Source: a virus
Taxonomy: Duplodnaviria; Heunggongvirae; Uroviricota; Caudoviricetes
Virus record (IMG/VR): IMGVR_UViG_2799112330_000002
Location: 64,001-128,000 of that record
Reading direction: 5' to 3' (one strand)
DNA length: 64,000 nt
Shown here: one piece after another, positions 18,910 through 29,076 of the stretch
How positions within the stretch are numbered: position 1 is the stretch's first letter
Layout: the number at the start of each line of letters is the position of its first letter
Position numbers and translations under genes: made by a program
Notes under the pieces: generated by a model
Databases searched by the model: none
What the model was told of the DNA's origin: nothing
What the model saw: the letters and a program-made list of their open reading frames with translations, nothing else

Positions 18910-20607
18910 ATGGCAAACAAAAAATGTATGGTATTTGAGACCATGAACAATATCAACTCTAGTATGCATATTGTTGAGTCTTCAAATCCAAAAGAAATTC
19001 GTTTAACGGGTGTATTTGGTGTTGCAGGTGTTAAGAATAACAATAATCGTATTTATGACAAGAAAAACTATGGGATGATGGTTGAGTCACTTCAGAAGGT
19101 TATAACTACTGAAGGTTGTCTTGGTGAATTAGAGCATCCAAACTCTATGAACATCAATCTCAATAATGTATCTCATAAGATTGAGTCAATTCAAATGAAT
19201 GAAGATGGTACAGTAGTTGGAACAATAGTATTGCTTGATACTGATAAAGGTAGAAATGCAAAAGCTATTATTGAAGGTGGAGTTCCATTATACATTTCAT
19301 CTCGTGCTGCTGGATCAATTGATGCTTCTGGTCATGTTACATTGACAACTCTTAAGACTTACGATCTAGTTGGTACCCCTGGTTTTAGTCAAGCAAAACT
19401 TAATCTTTCTGAAAATCAGACATTTGAATCTTTGAATGAGTCAATGTGCGTTATATATGAGAATGATGACGAAGGTGATGATCTCTTAGGCGATGATACA
19501 GATGACAAGAAAGAAGAAAAAGATTCTAAAGATGAAAAAGATTCTAAAGAAGAAAAGGATTCTAAAGAAGACAAAGATTCTAAGGATGATGATAAGAAAG
19601 ATGAAGACAAAAAGGATTCTAAAGAAAAAGAAGAAAATAACAAAAATAAAGAAGATAATAACATTACTATGAAAGATGTAAAAGAAGCTATTGATAAACT
19701 AACTGAAAAAGTTGAATCACTTCAAGCCGATTTACATGTAGCTCAAGAAAGCTTAGAGGAAAAAGATCAAAAAATTCAAGAATTAACAGAAAAACTTGAA
19801 AGTAATAAAGTAGATTATCCTGCTATTCAGGAATGGGTAGAAACAGAATTTGCTAATAACTTCAAGAGTGATATCCTTGAATCAGTTGATGAATCAATTA
19901 AAGAATCAGCTGGTAAGAATGATCTTGATTCTATCAAAGAGTGGATTAATGAAGAATTTGCTCCTGTATTAGAAGAGTGGATTACAGAAGAATTCGCTCC
20001 AGAAATACAGAATTGGGTTACAGAAGAATTTGCTCCAGAAGTACAAAACTGGGTATGTGAAGAATTTGCTCCAGAAGTACAAGGATGGATCACAGAAGAA
20101 TTTGCTCCAGAAGTACAAAACTGGGTATGTGAAGAATTTGCTCCAGAAGTACAAGGATGGATCACTGAGGAATTTGCTCCTGTAGTTGATTCTTGGATCA
20201 ATGAGGAATGCATTCCTGAAAATGTAAACAAGATCTTTGAAACTCGTAAGAGTGAAAGTCTTAGTTCAATTGACAGCTTATTAGAAGCTATTGAAGGCAA
20301 CAACAAGCCAAATGAAGCTCTTGAACTACTTAAAGAAAAGCAAGTAGATGAAAAGTATAAAGGTGTCTATGTTGTTGAAAACATGCCAAGTGAATATATG
20401 CCTCAATGGTCAATGGTATCTGAAGCTAAACAACAAGATATCATTAGAAGATCAAAGATGTATGATTTCACAAAACAAGGCGTACTTGAATCATTCTGGG
20501 CTAGTGTAGACTTTACTGAACTTCCAAAGGAAACTATCAATGAAAGCAATGTAGACAGCTATCATGCAAACATTTTCCAGAGAATGAAGTCATTACGTAA
20601 GTTCTAA
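18910..20607 (+). CDS. prohead protease (T4 gp21-like) fused to an acidic scaffold domain
   Basis: NNNNRIY, GELEHP, ISSRAAG, TYDLVGTPGF; immediately upstream of the major capsid gene. Confidence 0.9.
   Translation: MANKKCMVFETMNNINSSMHIVESSNPKEIRLTGVFGVAGVKNNNNRIYDKKNYGMMVESLQKVITTEGCLGELEHPNSMNINLNNVSHKIESIQMNEDGTVVGTIVLLDTDKGRNAKAIIEGGVPLYISSRAAGSIDASGHVTLTTLKTYDLVGTPGFSQAKLNLSENQTFESLNESMCVIYENDDEGDDLLGDDTDDKKEEKDSKDEKDSKEEKDSKEDKDSKDDDKKDEDKKDSKEKEENNKNKEDNNITMKDVKEAIDKLTEKVESLQADLHVAQESLEEKDQKIQELTEKLESNKVDYPAIQEWVETEFANNFKSDILESVDESIKESAGKNDLDSIKEWINEEFAPVLEEWITEEFAPEIQNWVTEEFAPEVQNWVCEEFAPEVQGWITEEFAPEVQNWVCEEFAPEVQGWITEEFAPVVDSWINEECIPENVNKIFETRKSESLSSIDSLLEAIEGNNKPNEALELLKEKQVDEKYKGVYVVENMPSEYMPQWSMVSEAKQQDIIRRSKMYDFTKQGVLESFWASVDFTELPKETINESNVDSYHANIFQRMKSLRKF
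19942..20229 (+). repeat. about 8 tandem 36-bp units encoding W[IV]xEEFAPExxx
   Basis: visible in DNA (GAAGAATTTGCTCCAGAAGTACA) and protein. Confidence 0.9.
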
Positions 20608-20743
20608 TAGACCGATTAACACTTAAACATAAGCTTTTAGAAAATTTTATTTTTATATAAAATTAATTGCTTGTATTATAAGTTTTCGTATATACATATA
20701 CAAAAATATAAAATATAACAAATAAATTTTTAATTATAATTTA

Positions 20744-22540
20744 ATGATTACAAATACAAATGGCCAAGAAACATGGTCAAAACTTTTAACTGAACAGTTT
20801 GATATTAAAGATCAAAGTAAGTTAAATTGGGTATCTGAATACGCTGCTATTCATGAAATTCATGAAAGTATGTTAGGTGTAAATGCTACTCCAGCTCAAC
20901 CATCTTTAGTACCAAATATTCCTGCTGAAACTGGTGTAGGTCCTGTTTATTCTACTCCTCTTAACACACACGGTATAGGAAATCCTTATGCTCCAGGTCA
21001 GTTGAGCACTATTTCTGCTAAACCTTCTGATCTTTGGACACAAATGCCAGGATCTGGTGATATTCCAGTATCTACTCTTCCTATGGCATTAAATATTGCT
21101 CTTATGACAATTGGTTTCGAATTACTTCCTGTAGTTCCTGCTAAGGGTCCATGGCAAATGCTTTCTTATATGGACTTCCCATATGCTAACGGTAAGTTAG
21201 GTCGTCCAAATGAAGTAAAGGGTATTGACGGTATCGGGGACAATAGAGAGAACAAACCTCTTTATGTTAAGTTCATGGTAGATGCAGCTCCTATTCTTGA
21301 TGAAGATGGTAATGTAGATGTACAAGCTCAAGAAGCTAGAGATACTGCTATTAAAGCTCTTAAAGCTGCTGCTAAAGAAGAAAAAGAAAATGCTGCTGTT
21401 ACTGTTAGTGGTAATGGTGTTACATTCAATGGTTTCTTCAAGACATTTGGTAGAATGGATGGTGGTATCATCGTAGAAGTTAAGGATTGCAAGAAGGGTA
21501 ATGACAATGCTGCTATTGCTGATCTATTTGATGGAGATGCAGCTGTAACTCTTACTTTAGGTTCTGCTTCTGTTGAATTGCATCATGTTGACTATGCTCA
21601 GACAATGGTTGACTTCGTAGATGGTTTCGCTAACTTTGCAACTGGTAAGAAAGAACCAATGACACGTGCTCAGAATGAAACTGGTACTGGTAATGCTCTT
21701 TCTTTGAGATTGTTCACAAAGTGGGTTGAAATGGGTTCTTATGAAGTAACTGGTTCTGTAACTCGTCAGCAACTTCAGGATCTTCCATTATATGGAGTTG
21801 ATGCTGTTGCTAAGATCATGGAAGCAATGCAGAATGAAATCTCTCAGACAATCAATGCTCGTATCCTTGAACACGTATTCCAACTTGGTGTAACTAATGC
21901 TTTACATCAGAGATTATATCAAGGTGTAGACCTCAACTTACACATGGGTACATCTGATACAAATATGAAAGATACATCTGCTAAAGAATATACAGACGTA
22001 TTTGGTGTTGATCATAAGGAAACTTGGGGAATTATTGCTAACTCAGAAGTCAATACTTCTGCAGAAAACTTACACACACGTCAACGTCGTATCATGAGCC
22101 GTATCCTTGCAGCTGCTAACTTAATCCAGATCACTGGTCGTCGTGGACGCCCAACATGGATTGTAACTAATGGTCAGATTGCTACTGCTCTTCAGGACTG
22201 CGCTGGTTATGTAGTTGCTCCAATGGTTAACGGTATGGTACAGGATGGTTCTAAGGACCTTTACATGGCTGGTTCAGTAGCTGGTCTTAAGGTTTATGTA
22301 GATCCTTACATGGCTTGGGAAGATACACGTATCTGTGTTGGTCGTAAGGGTAATGGTAACGAACCTGGTGCAATCTTCATGCCTTATATCCTTGCTGATA
22401 CAGTATCTATTACTGCTGAGGGTACTATGGCTCCTAAGATGCTTATTAACTCAAGATATGCTATCGTTGATGCTGGTTTCTTCCCAGAAACACAGTATTA
22501 TACATTCGTTGTTGATAGCCCTGAGTTCGGTATCATCTAA
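20744..22540 (+). CDS. major capsid protein (T4 gp23-like)
   Basis: TRQQLQDL, NEISQTINARI, GRRGRPTWIVT, VYVDPY, GAIFMPY, SRYA; strong codon bias. Confidence 0.92.
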   Translation: MITNTNGQETWSKLLTEQFDIKDQSKLNWVSEYAAIHEIHESMLGVNATPAQPSLVPNIPAETGVGPVYSTPLNTHGIGNPYAPGQLSTISAKPSDLWTQMPGSGDIPVSTLPMALNIALMTIGFELLPVVPAKGPWQMLSYMDFPYANGKLGRPNEVKGIDGIGDNRENKPLYVKFMVDAAPILDEDGNVDVQAQEARDTAIKALKAAAKEEKENAAVTVSGNGVTFNGFFKTFGRMDGGIIVEVKDCKKGNDNAAIADLFDGDAAVTLTLGSASVELHHVDYAQTMVDFVDGFANFATGKKEPMTRAQNETGTGNALSLRLFTKWVEMGSYEVTGSVTRQQLQDLPLYGVDAVAKIMEAMQNEISQTINARILEHVFQLGVTNALHQRLYQGVDLNLHMGTSDTNMKDTSAKEYTDVFGVDHKETWGIIANSEVNTSAENLHTRQRRIMSRILAAANLIQITGRRGRPTWIVTNGQIATALQDCAGYVVAPMVNGMVQDGSKDLYMAGSVAGLKVYVDPYMAWEDTRICVGRKGNGNEPGAIFMPYILADTVSITAEGTMAPKMLINSRYAIVDAGFFPETQYYTFVVDSPEFGII

Positions 22541-22607
22541 AAACTCTAATAGATATATAAGCGAAAATATATATTCGCCTCTATATATATTTACAAGTTT
22601 AAATACT

Positions 22608-22642
22608 TGGGAAGAACGGAATTTAGTTCCGTTCTTTTTTTG
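22608..22642 (+). terminator. intrinsic terminator
   Basis: AAGAACGGAA-TTTAG-TTCCGTTCTT followed by T-run. Confidence 0.8.
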
Positions 22643-22681
22643 TGTATTAATAAATATCTATCTAAATAATAGACTAATCAT

Positions 22682-22710
22682 TTGAATTTTTCTTTATTAT
22701 TTACTATATT
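22682..22710 (+). promoter_or_regulatory. sigma70-like promoter TTGAAT-N17-TATATT
   Basis: same motif at 62169-62197, 63223-63250 and on the minus strand at 57785-57812. Confidence 0.7.
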
Positions 22711-22736
22711 ATTATTGAACTTAAAATTTATTAGTT

Positions 22737-23459
22737 ATGTTAGTTACAAAGGAATGGATTTCAAAGAATTACGCCAAGTTCAATAAGTTGTATTGGAATG
22801 ATCAACTTCCACACAATCTGAAGTTCAAGCTTTCTAGTGCAAAGAAATCATGGGGTTTTGCAGCATTCAAATATGACTACCCAAACAATACAATTATTCC
22901 TACCGAATTGACTATTTCTAACTATTATGATTCTCCAGAGGAAGTCAAACTGCATACATTACTTCATGAAATGATACATATTGCAGACTACACTTTTCAC
23001 CCTGAGCATTTCATTAAGAATCACCGAGCAGTTCACGGTAGACATTATGACGCTCACGGTTGGTGGTTTTTGAAAGAAGCAGAAAGAATCAATAAGTTTG
23101 GCTGGCATGTATCAAATATTGTAACAAATGAAGAAATAAAAGCTTCTAGACTTTCTGTAAGATCTCAAAGAAGTGAAAGTACAAAGAAAGCCAATGCTAT
23201 CATATGCGTCATCTATGGTACAAACTGCAATTTCTACTTCAAGACAGACGTAAATAAAATTGAAAATGTAAAGAATGCAATTAACCGATATACATTCATT
23301 AAGATTGGAGATATCAAAAAGGTAAAATACTACAAGTTTGACAATAAATCTATGGCAATGAGAAGAAGCTGTTCAAATTCATTAATAGGATGGTTTGCAA
23401 CTTATCAACAAACAATGAACATGCTTCAAAAGATAAAAGCAACAGAAGTAAGATTTTAA
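22737..23459 (+). CDS. SprT-like zinc metalloprotease
   Basis: FNKLYW, TLLHEMIH, HGWWF. Confidence 0.85.
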   Translation: MLVTKEWISKNYAKFNKLYWNDQLPHNLKFKLSSAKKSWGFAAFKYDYPNNTIIPTELTISNYYDSPEEVKLHTLLHEMIHIADYTFHPEHFIKNHRAVHGRHYDAHGWWFLKEAERINKFGWHVSNIVTNEEIKASRLSVRSQRSESTKKANAIICVIYGTNCNFYFKTDVNKIENVKNAINRYTFIKIGDIKKVKYYKFDNKSMAMRRSCSNSLIGWFATYQQTMNMLQKIKATEVRF

Positions 23460-23473
23460 AAATATATATAATC

Positions 23474-23752
23474 ATGAAAGAGTTTAAAGTAATTCAGATT
23501 AAAACATCAGAATTTGATGGTCGTATGTATTATGATTCATTTGAATATGTTTCTGGAATTATAACAGATTATCGTGGTAATATTAAAATTACTATATGTG
23601 AAGATGTTCTTGATGCTATGAGATTTAATGATTGGCATGTATTAGATGATCATGAGAAAAAAGTTCGGGACAAATTCTTGGATCTTGTCAAATCATATTT
23701 TCCAAAGAAAGATTATGAAATAACGTATCATACAGTAAAAATAGTTTATTAG
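23474..23752 (+). CDS. hypothetical protein (start moved to ATG 23474)
   Basis: ATG just after the SprT stop avoids overlap. Confidence 0.6.
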   Translation: MKEFKVIQIKTSEFDGRMYYDSFEYVSGIITDYRGNIKITICEDVLDAMRFNDWHVLDDHEKKVRDKFLDLVKSYFPKKDYEITYHTVKIVY

Positions 23753-23756
23753 AAAT

Positions 23757-23954
23757 ATGAATACAATTATATCAGCATTAATAGTTACTATTATATTATG
23801 GATGATTACTCGTTTATATATTATCTATAATATGGGTAAGTCAAGTATCAATGAGAATGCTAAAGATGCTATTATGACAATATATTATTTCCTTACAGGA
23901 GTAATTATAGGGCTTAGCATAGGATATATTATTATAACATTCAATAATATATAG
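23757..23954 (+). CDS. small two-TM membrane protein
   Basis: two hydrophobic stretches. Confidence 0.6.
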   Translation: MNTIISALIVTIILWMITRLYIIYNMGKSSINENAKDAIMTIYYFLTGVIIGLSIGYIIITFNNI

Positions 23955-23966
23955 TAACAATAACCA

Positions 23967-24275
23967 ATGAGTGATTTACTAGAAGCACTTACCATTCTTT
24001 GGAAGTATATTGCCGGATATCATGAAAAATATCCATTGCATTGCGAGCATGATGTTCTCTTTGTTTGCGGAATTGATTTCTCCATTATGGATCATAAGAC
24101 AATAAAGAAACTTATAGAGTTTGGATTCATACCTGGGATTGATGATGATTGGGATACTGTAGAGGCAATGCTTGGCAAGAATTTTGATTGGGATGATATG
24201 ACTGAAGAAGAATGGAAGAAAATTTCCCCAAACATTACCGCTTGCATGCATTCTTATAGATACGGTAGTTGTTGA
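23967..24275 (+). CDS. hypothetical phage protein
   Basis: DLLEALTI...PLHCEHDVL...SYRYGSC. Confidence 0.6.
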   Translation: MSDLLEALTILWKYIAGYHEKYPLHCEHDVLFVCGIDFSIMDHKTIKKLIEFGFIPGIDDDWDTVEAMLGKNFDWDDMTEEEWKKISPNITACMHSYRYGSC

Positions 24276-24433
24276 ATATACTTATTCTATATTATATTTT
24301 AACTTGAATACTTTGTCAATAAAGATAAAGTATTCTTTTTGTGTATTTATTGGCATTAAAAAGTTTTATTTTTAATTATAAAATTGGAAAACGCAAAAAA
24401 ATAATAAATATATACAAAAAGATAAATTATAAA

Positions 24434-27400
24434 ATGATTCCTGTATATTTACAACAATTCAAAGCTGCAGGTATTTATCGTGTAGTTTTTGATAAATCAA
24501 CAATTTTAAATGTCGATAGCGAAATTTTAAGATTAGTTGTAGGATATTCTGAAAAGGGACCTTTTAATATTCCAGTATATATTACAAATGTTACAGAATT
24601 CAAGATGTATTTCGGTGACATTTCTAAGAAATTGGAAAAGAGAGGTATCTATTTTCATCGTTTAGCTTTACAAGCTTTACAGGCAGGACCTATTCTTTGT
24701 CTTAACTTGAAGAAATTCAAGAATGAGGCTGTAGGCGGTTCCACAATTAGTACTACATTTAATTCTAAGTACGAGATCATTGAAAATGTCAAACTAAAGG
24801 TTGAAGACATTTACAATACTTCTAGATTCTGGGAACTTGATGCAGACAAATTGAATAACCTTAAGTCAATAGATGGACAAGTAATGGATCAATATATCAA
24901 TATTGCTACTACTAATACTAAAGAGTCATCTGCTTCATATTTTATTCGTAAAGCATCAGGAAATAAGGTATCACAGTTCAATATCACAGTATCTGATTGG
25001 TATAGTGATAGACAAGATGAAATGCCTGATTTCTTAGAGCCTTATAAGAATAGTCTTGTTAGTGACTTCTTTGCTGAAATCTATGTATTCGGCACAAAAT
25101 TTACTGCTGCACAAGTATTGTCTTCTAGTACATTGAAGAAATATTTTGAAGTAATCATCAATGAAGATGGTGCAATTGTAACAGATGATAACAATGAACC
25201 AGTATTGAGATTAGTAAATCATGTTACAGATGCTTATGGAGATTGGGTTGATACCCTTGATGAACTTTATAAGGATCCAACTTCTCATGCAATTGGTCAT
25301 TATGTAGGATGTCTTATTCCTGAATTTAGAGACAAGCAAGGTAACTATGCATCATTAGACACTGTATTCAATCAAGAACAAAGTGAGCATAACATGATGA
25401 TGGCATTCAATGTTGATATGCTTTATGAAGATGAGACTGCTGAAATTGATCTTTCAGGTCGTCTTGCTATTATCAATGAAAACAATACTACAGAAACAGC
25501 TCAAACCAATAAGTTGACATTGAAGAATATATTCAATGGAACAGCAACTACAAACTTACTTGGTAACTCTACTTCTAAAGTCATTGCAAACAAGATAACA
25601 TTCTATAACAATGCTGTTAAGTTTGATGAAAACGGTGAATTAGAACCAATTATTCCATTCAATAATACTCAAAAGAAGATCACTGGTACATTATTTGTAA
25701 GCGGTTATTCTTTAGGTACAAATGAAGGTGAATATTCTATTACATTACAACAGATTGGCCCTGGTAAAAATGGAGAAAATCCTGATTCAGTAACAATCAA
25801 GATTGGTAGTGATGAATATGCTAAGGCTGAGTTCTATAAATTAGCTGTAAGACTTGGATTTGGTTATGAAGTATTAGCAACATCTGAAGGTGCTGAAAAA
25901 ATCATTCAAAGAGATGGTATTACAAGATACTATAAGTTATATAAGAGTGGTTATGGTACATATTATAATCCAATGGAAGATGCTAATGTTTCTGCTGATC
26001 AAGCTGCAACATCTACTCCTTTCATTGAACAAGATGGTAATGTTAAATCATTTGTATTTGACGGACCACAAAAGGTAATTACTGCTATTACAAGAATTGA
26101 CAGAACAAATGAATCTTCAATTTATGATGATAGTGATAGAAACTTGAAGGCATCTATTATGGATGTAACTATTTCTATGGTAAATGATGAAGAAGATTCA
26201 GTATATGGAAATTCTATATCATTCATTCCTATTATTGATAATAACTGGGAAAATGGAAGTATCAATGGATCATTTGCATTAGTAACAGAAGAGATTTCCG
26301 ATATCTCTCTATATTCTATTGTAAAAGTTGGTGATTGCTTCCTTGCTGCTCATGAAGAAACAGATATAAATAATACAGATGTTAAAGTCAAGTATTATGA
26401 TAATGTATTTGTTCAAGAAGTAGGAGAAGAAAGAGATGCAGATGGTATAATCACAAAGTATTACATTAAGTTTGCTGGTGTTGGTAGAGATAGTAATAAT
26501 CCTTATACTGGAGAACCAGAATTCTATTCTAATGGAGATACAACTTATCTTGTAAGAATTGATCAGGCTCTTAACCAAGAAATTGGTACATTAAGCCCAC
26601 AATATCTTGAAGGTTATACATATGAATCTGCTAAACCCGCATCACCTACAATGTATGACAAGTTACAATGGCAGAAGTTTATTCTTTCAGCATTAACTGA
26701 GTATAAGGGTCTTAGAACTGGTCTTCTTAACAAGTCTGATATTGATTATCGTTACATTGTTGATACATTTGATTCTTATGTTGATAGTTCATTGAAGTCA
26801 ACATTAAGTTATCTTGCTAAGCAGAAAGAATCAGCATTTGCTATTCTTAACTTCCCAGCAGTAAAGACATTCATCAAGTGCCCATATACTTCATTCACAA
26901 ATTCTGAGGGTGTATTTGATGTCAACTATATTGCTAAGGGATACAACAAGAAGAAAGCTACATACATTAAGTTCAGCTTACCAGAAGATATTGAAGGTGC
27001 TTCATTCTGCGCATTCTATACTCCTCTTAAGTTCTCTGATGGTTATGTAGATTCAATTATTCCAGCAGCTGGTCTTGTATCTAACTTATTCATTGATAAG
27101 TATACATCACGTCAACCATATTACATTATTGCTGGTCCTACTTATGGTAAGATTACTGCATCTAACTTGATTGGTCCTGACTATAACTACTGTAAGGAAG
27201 AACTTTATGTAATGGAACCATTTGGAGTTAACTGTATGGTTTATCGTCCAAACTTTGGTACATTCATCAATTCTAACCAGACAGCTAAACAGACTCCTGT
27301 ATCAGCACTTTCTAAAGTCAATATTCGTGAGTTGGTTATCTACTTACAAGATGAGATTGAGAAAGTATTACAGCAATATCAATGGGATTTCAACAACCAA

Positions 27401-27637
27401 GTTACACGTAATGCAATCCTTGAAAGAGCTAATGCTATTTGTTCAAGAGTTCAAGCTAATGGTGGTATTGAAGTATTCCGTAACGTTATGGATGAATCTA
27501 ACAATACTCCTGAAATCATTGAAAATGAAATGGCAATCTTGTCTACATCAATTGAACCAGGATTTGGTTGTGGTAAGATGGTACAAGAACTTACTCTTTA
27601 TAGAAGAGGCATGCTTAAAGCATCTATTCAAGATTAA
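24434..27637 (+). CDS. tail sheath protein (T4 gp18-like) with large insertions; start moved to ATG 24434
   Basis: AAGIYRVVFDKS, GYSEKGPFN, YRYIVD, LSKVNIREL, VMDESNNTPEIIENE. Confidence 0.9.
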   Translation: MIPVYLQQFKAAGIYRVVFDKSTILNVDSEILRLVVGYSEKGPFNIPVYITNVTEFKMYFGDISKKLEKRGIYFHRLALQALQAGPILCLNLKKFKNEAVGGSTISTTFNSKYEIIENVKLKVEDIYNTSRFWELDADKLNNLKSIDGQVMDQYINIATTNTKESSASYFIRKASGNKVSQFNITVSDWYSDRQDEMPDFLEPYKNSLVSDFFAEIYVFGTKFTAAQVLSSSTLKKYFEVIINEDGAIVTDDNNEPVLRLVNHVTDAYGDWVDTLDELYKDPTSHAIGHYVGCLIPEFRDKQGNYASLDTVFNQEQSEHNMMMAFNVDMLYEDETAEIDLSGRLAIINENNTTETAQTNKLTLKNIFNGTATTNLLGNSTSKVIANKITFYNNAVKFDENGELEPIIPFNNTQKKITGTLFVSGYSLGTNEGEYSITLQQIGPGKNGENPDSVTIKIGSDEYAKAEFYKLAVRLGFGYEVLATSEGAEKIIQRDGITRYYKLYKSGYGTYYNPMEDANVSADQAATSTPFIEQDGNVKSFVFDGPQKVITAITRIDRTNESSIYDDSDRNLKASIMDVTISMVNDEEDSVYGNSISFIPIIDNNWENGSINGSFALVTEEISDISLYSIVKVGDCFLAAHEETDINNTDVKVKYYDNVFVQEVGEERDADGIITKYYIKFAGVGRDSNNPYTGEPEFYSNGDTTYLVRIDQALNQEIGTLSPQYLEGYTYESAKPASPTMYDKLQWQKFILSALTEYKGLRTGLLNKSDIDYRYIVDTFDSYVDSSLKSTLSYLAKQKESAFAILNFPAVKTFIKCPYTSFTNSEGVFDVNYIAKGYNKKKATYIKFSLPEDIEGASFCAFYTPLKFSDGYVDSIIPAAGLVSNLFIDKYTSRQPYYIIAGPTYGKITASNLIGPDYNYCKEELYVMEPFGVNCMVYRPNFGTFINSNQTAKQTPVSALSKVNIRELVIYLQDEIEKVLQQYQWDFNNQVTRNAILERANAICSRVQANGGIEVFRNVMDESNNTPEIIENEMAILSTSIEPGFGCGKMVQELTLYRRGMLKASIQD

Positions 27638-27673
27638 TTCTAATTAAAAAATATATTTTATAAAAATTATAAA

Positions 27674-28306
27674 ATGTCACAACAAATTTCACATTTACCA
27701 CATATAAAAACAGTTGAAGCCGGTATCAATAGATGGGATCCGATGCATCAATCAATCTATGAGGTAATGTTTACTACTCCAGTAGGACTTGAAGGTGTTG
27801 TAAGTGGTGAAGATTTCAATATTCTTAGCCAGCAAGTAATTTCAGTTTCTGGTTTGGATGCATTACAGAAGATTGCAGCAGCAGGTTCTCAAAAGTTCTT
27901 AGGAGTTGATGTATCATTCCTAAATCCTGTTCTTGATACAACATATGTAGAATTTACAATTAATTTCAACTTGAACATTAGAGACAATAATGATGCTTAT
28001 GTATTAAGACTATTCAAGGAATGGGGTAAACTATCATATGATATTGGTAAGGGACTTAGACGTCTTAAGAAAGACTATATGTGCGAAGCTATGACAATCA
28101 ATGAAGCTAACCGTGATGGTAGAGTTTGGAGACATGTTGTATTCCATGATGTATTCATTACAGGTATGACTGGTCTTGAAACATTAGACTACCAATCATC
28201 TGAAGCTCGTCAATTGTCTGTAACTTTCCGTTCTGACTACTGGGATGAATCTACAACAACTTATACAGTTGGTTGGGATGCTGAATTATTGGAAGGTGGA
28301 GAGTAA
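27674..28306 (+). CDS. tail tube protein (gp19-like) 1
   Basis: follows the sheath; FKEW, KKDY, LDY, VTFRSDYW. Confidence 0.85.
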   Translation: MSQQISHLPHIKTVEAGINRWDPMHQSIYEVMFTTPVGLEGVVSGEDFNILSQQVISVSGLDALQKIAAAGSQKFLGVDVSFLNPVLDTTYVEFTINFNLNIRDNNDAYVLRLFKEWGKLSYDIGKGLRRLKKDYMCEAMTINEANRDGRVWRHVVFHDVFITGMTGLETLDYQSSEARQLSVTFRSDYWDESTTTYTVGWDAELLEGGE

Positions 28307-28340
28307 TACATATATGAAAATATAATCAAAATTAATAATC

Positions 28341-28370
28341 AAATGGGTGGACTTAAGTCCACCCATTTTT
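28341..28370. terminator. intrinsic terminator
   Basis: AAATGGGTGGAC-TTAA-GTCCACCCATTT. Confidence 0.85.
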
Positions 28371-28407
28371 ATTTTTAATTATATAGAAATAAATACTTTT
28401 ATAATAA

Positions 28408-28995
28408 ATGCCATATCAAATAGCACATTTACCTCATTTGAAGAATGCTCCAGCAGCAATTGAAAGATGGGATCCTGTACACAATTCATTATTCAAAGTC
28501 ATTTTTAGTGTACCGGCTTCTATGAAAGGTGAATATAATTTGGAAGAATTAGACATTTTGAGTTCACAAATTATATCTATAGATGGTTTGGACAATCTAC
28601 AAAAACAAATACAAACTTATAAGAAAAAGCATTTGGGAATTGAGGTGACCTTTGTGAAGCCATTTGTCGAATCTACCGGAATTGAATTCACAATATCTTT
28701 TAATCTTAATCTTAGAAAGATATCTGATAACTATGTGTTTAAACTGTTCAAGGAATGGTTAGACACTATCTACAATCTTGCAACAGGTATGCAGACATTA
28801 AAATTCCAATATATGGCGGAAAACATGACTATCTTTCAGGCAAATAGAGATGGTACAATATGGCGTCAAATTGATCTTAAGAATGTATTTATTACTAATA
28901 TAGGTGGTCTTAACAATTTAGACTATTCAAGTTCTGATGCTCAAAATCTTAATGTTACATTTTTTGCTGAATATTGGGATGAGCATATAGCATAA
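28408..28995 (+). CDS. tail tube-like protein 2 (paralog)
   Basis: shares HLPH, RWDP, NLNxR, ANRDG, LDY, YWDE with tube 1. Confidence 0.85.
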   Translation: MPYQIAHLPHLKNAPAAIERWDPVHNSLFKVIFSVPASMKGEYNLEELDILSSQIISIDGLDNLQKQIQTYKKKHLGIEVTFVKPFVESTGIEFTISFNLNLRKISDNYVFKLFKEWLDTIYNLATGMQTLKFQYMAENMTIFQANRDGTIWRQIDLKNVFITNIGGLNNLDYSSSDAQNLNVTFFAEYWDEHIA

Positions 28996-29076
28996 TTTTA
29001 TAATCCTCCTTTATAAAATTTTATTTTTAATAAAGCATTTAATTAAAAAATATATAATATATTATAGATAATATTT

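Noticed and set aside
19942-20229. 36-bp repeats as a CRISPR array
   Set aside because: The units are contiguous, in-frame coding repeats with no unique spacers and no cas genes.
24341-24433. GTG start extending the tail sheath N-terminus
   Set aside because: This stretch is AT-rich intergenic sequence containing the promoter motif; ATG 24434 gives the typical sheath N-terminus.
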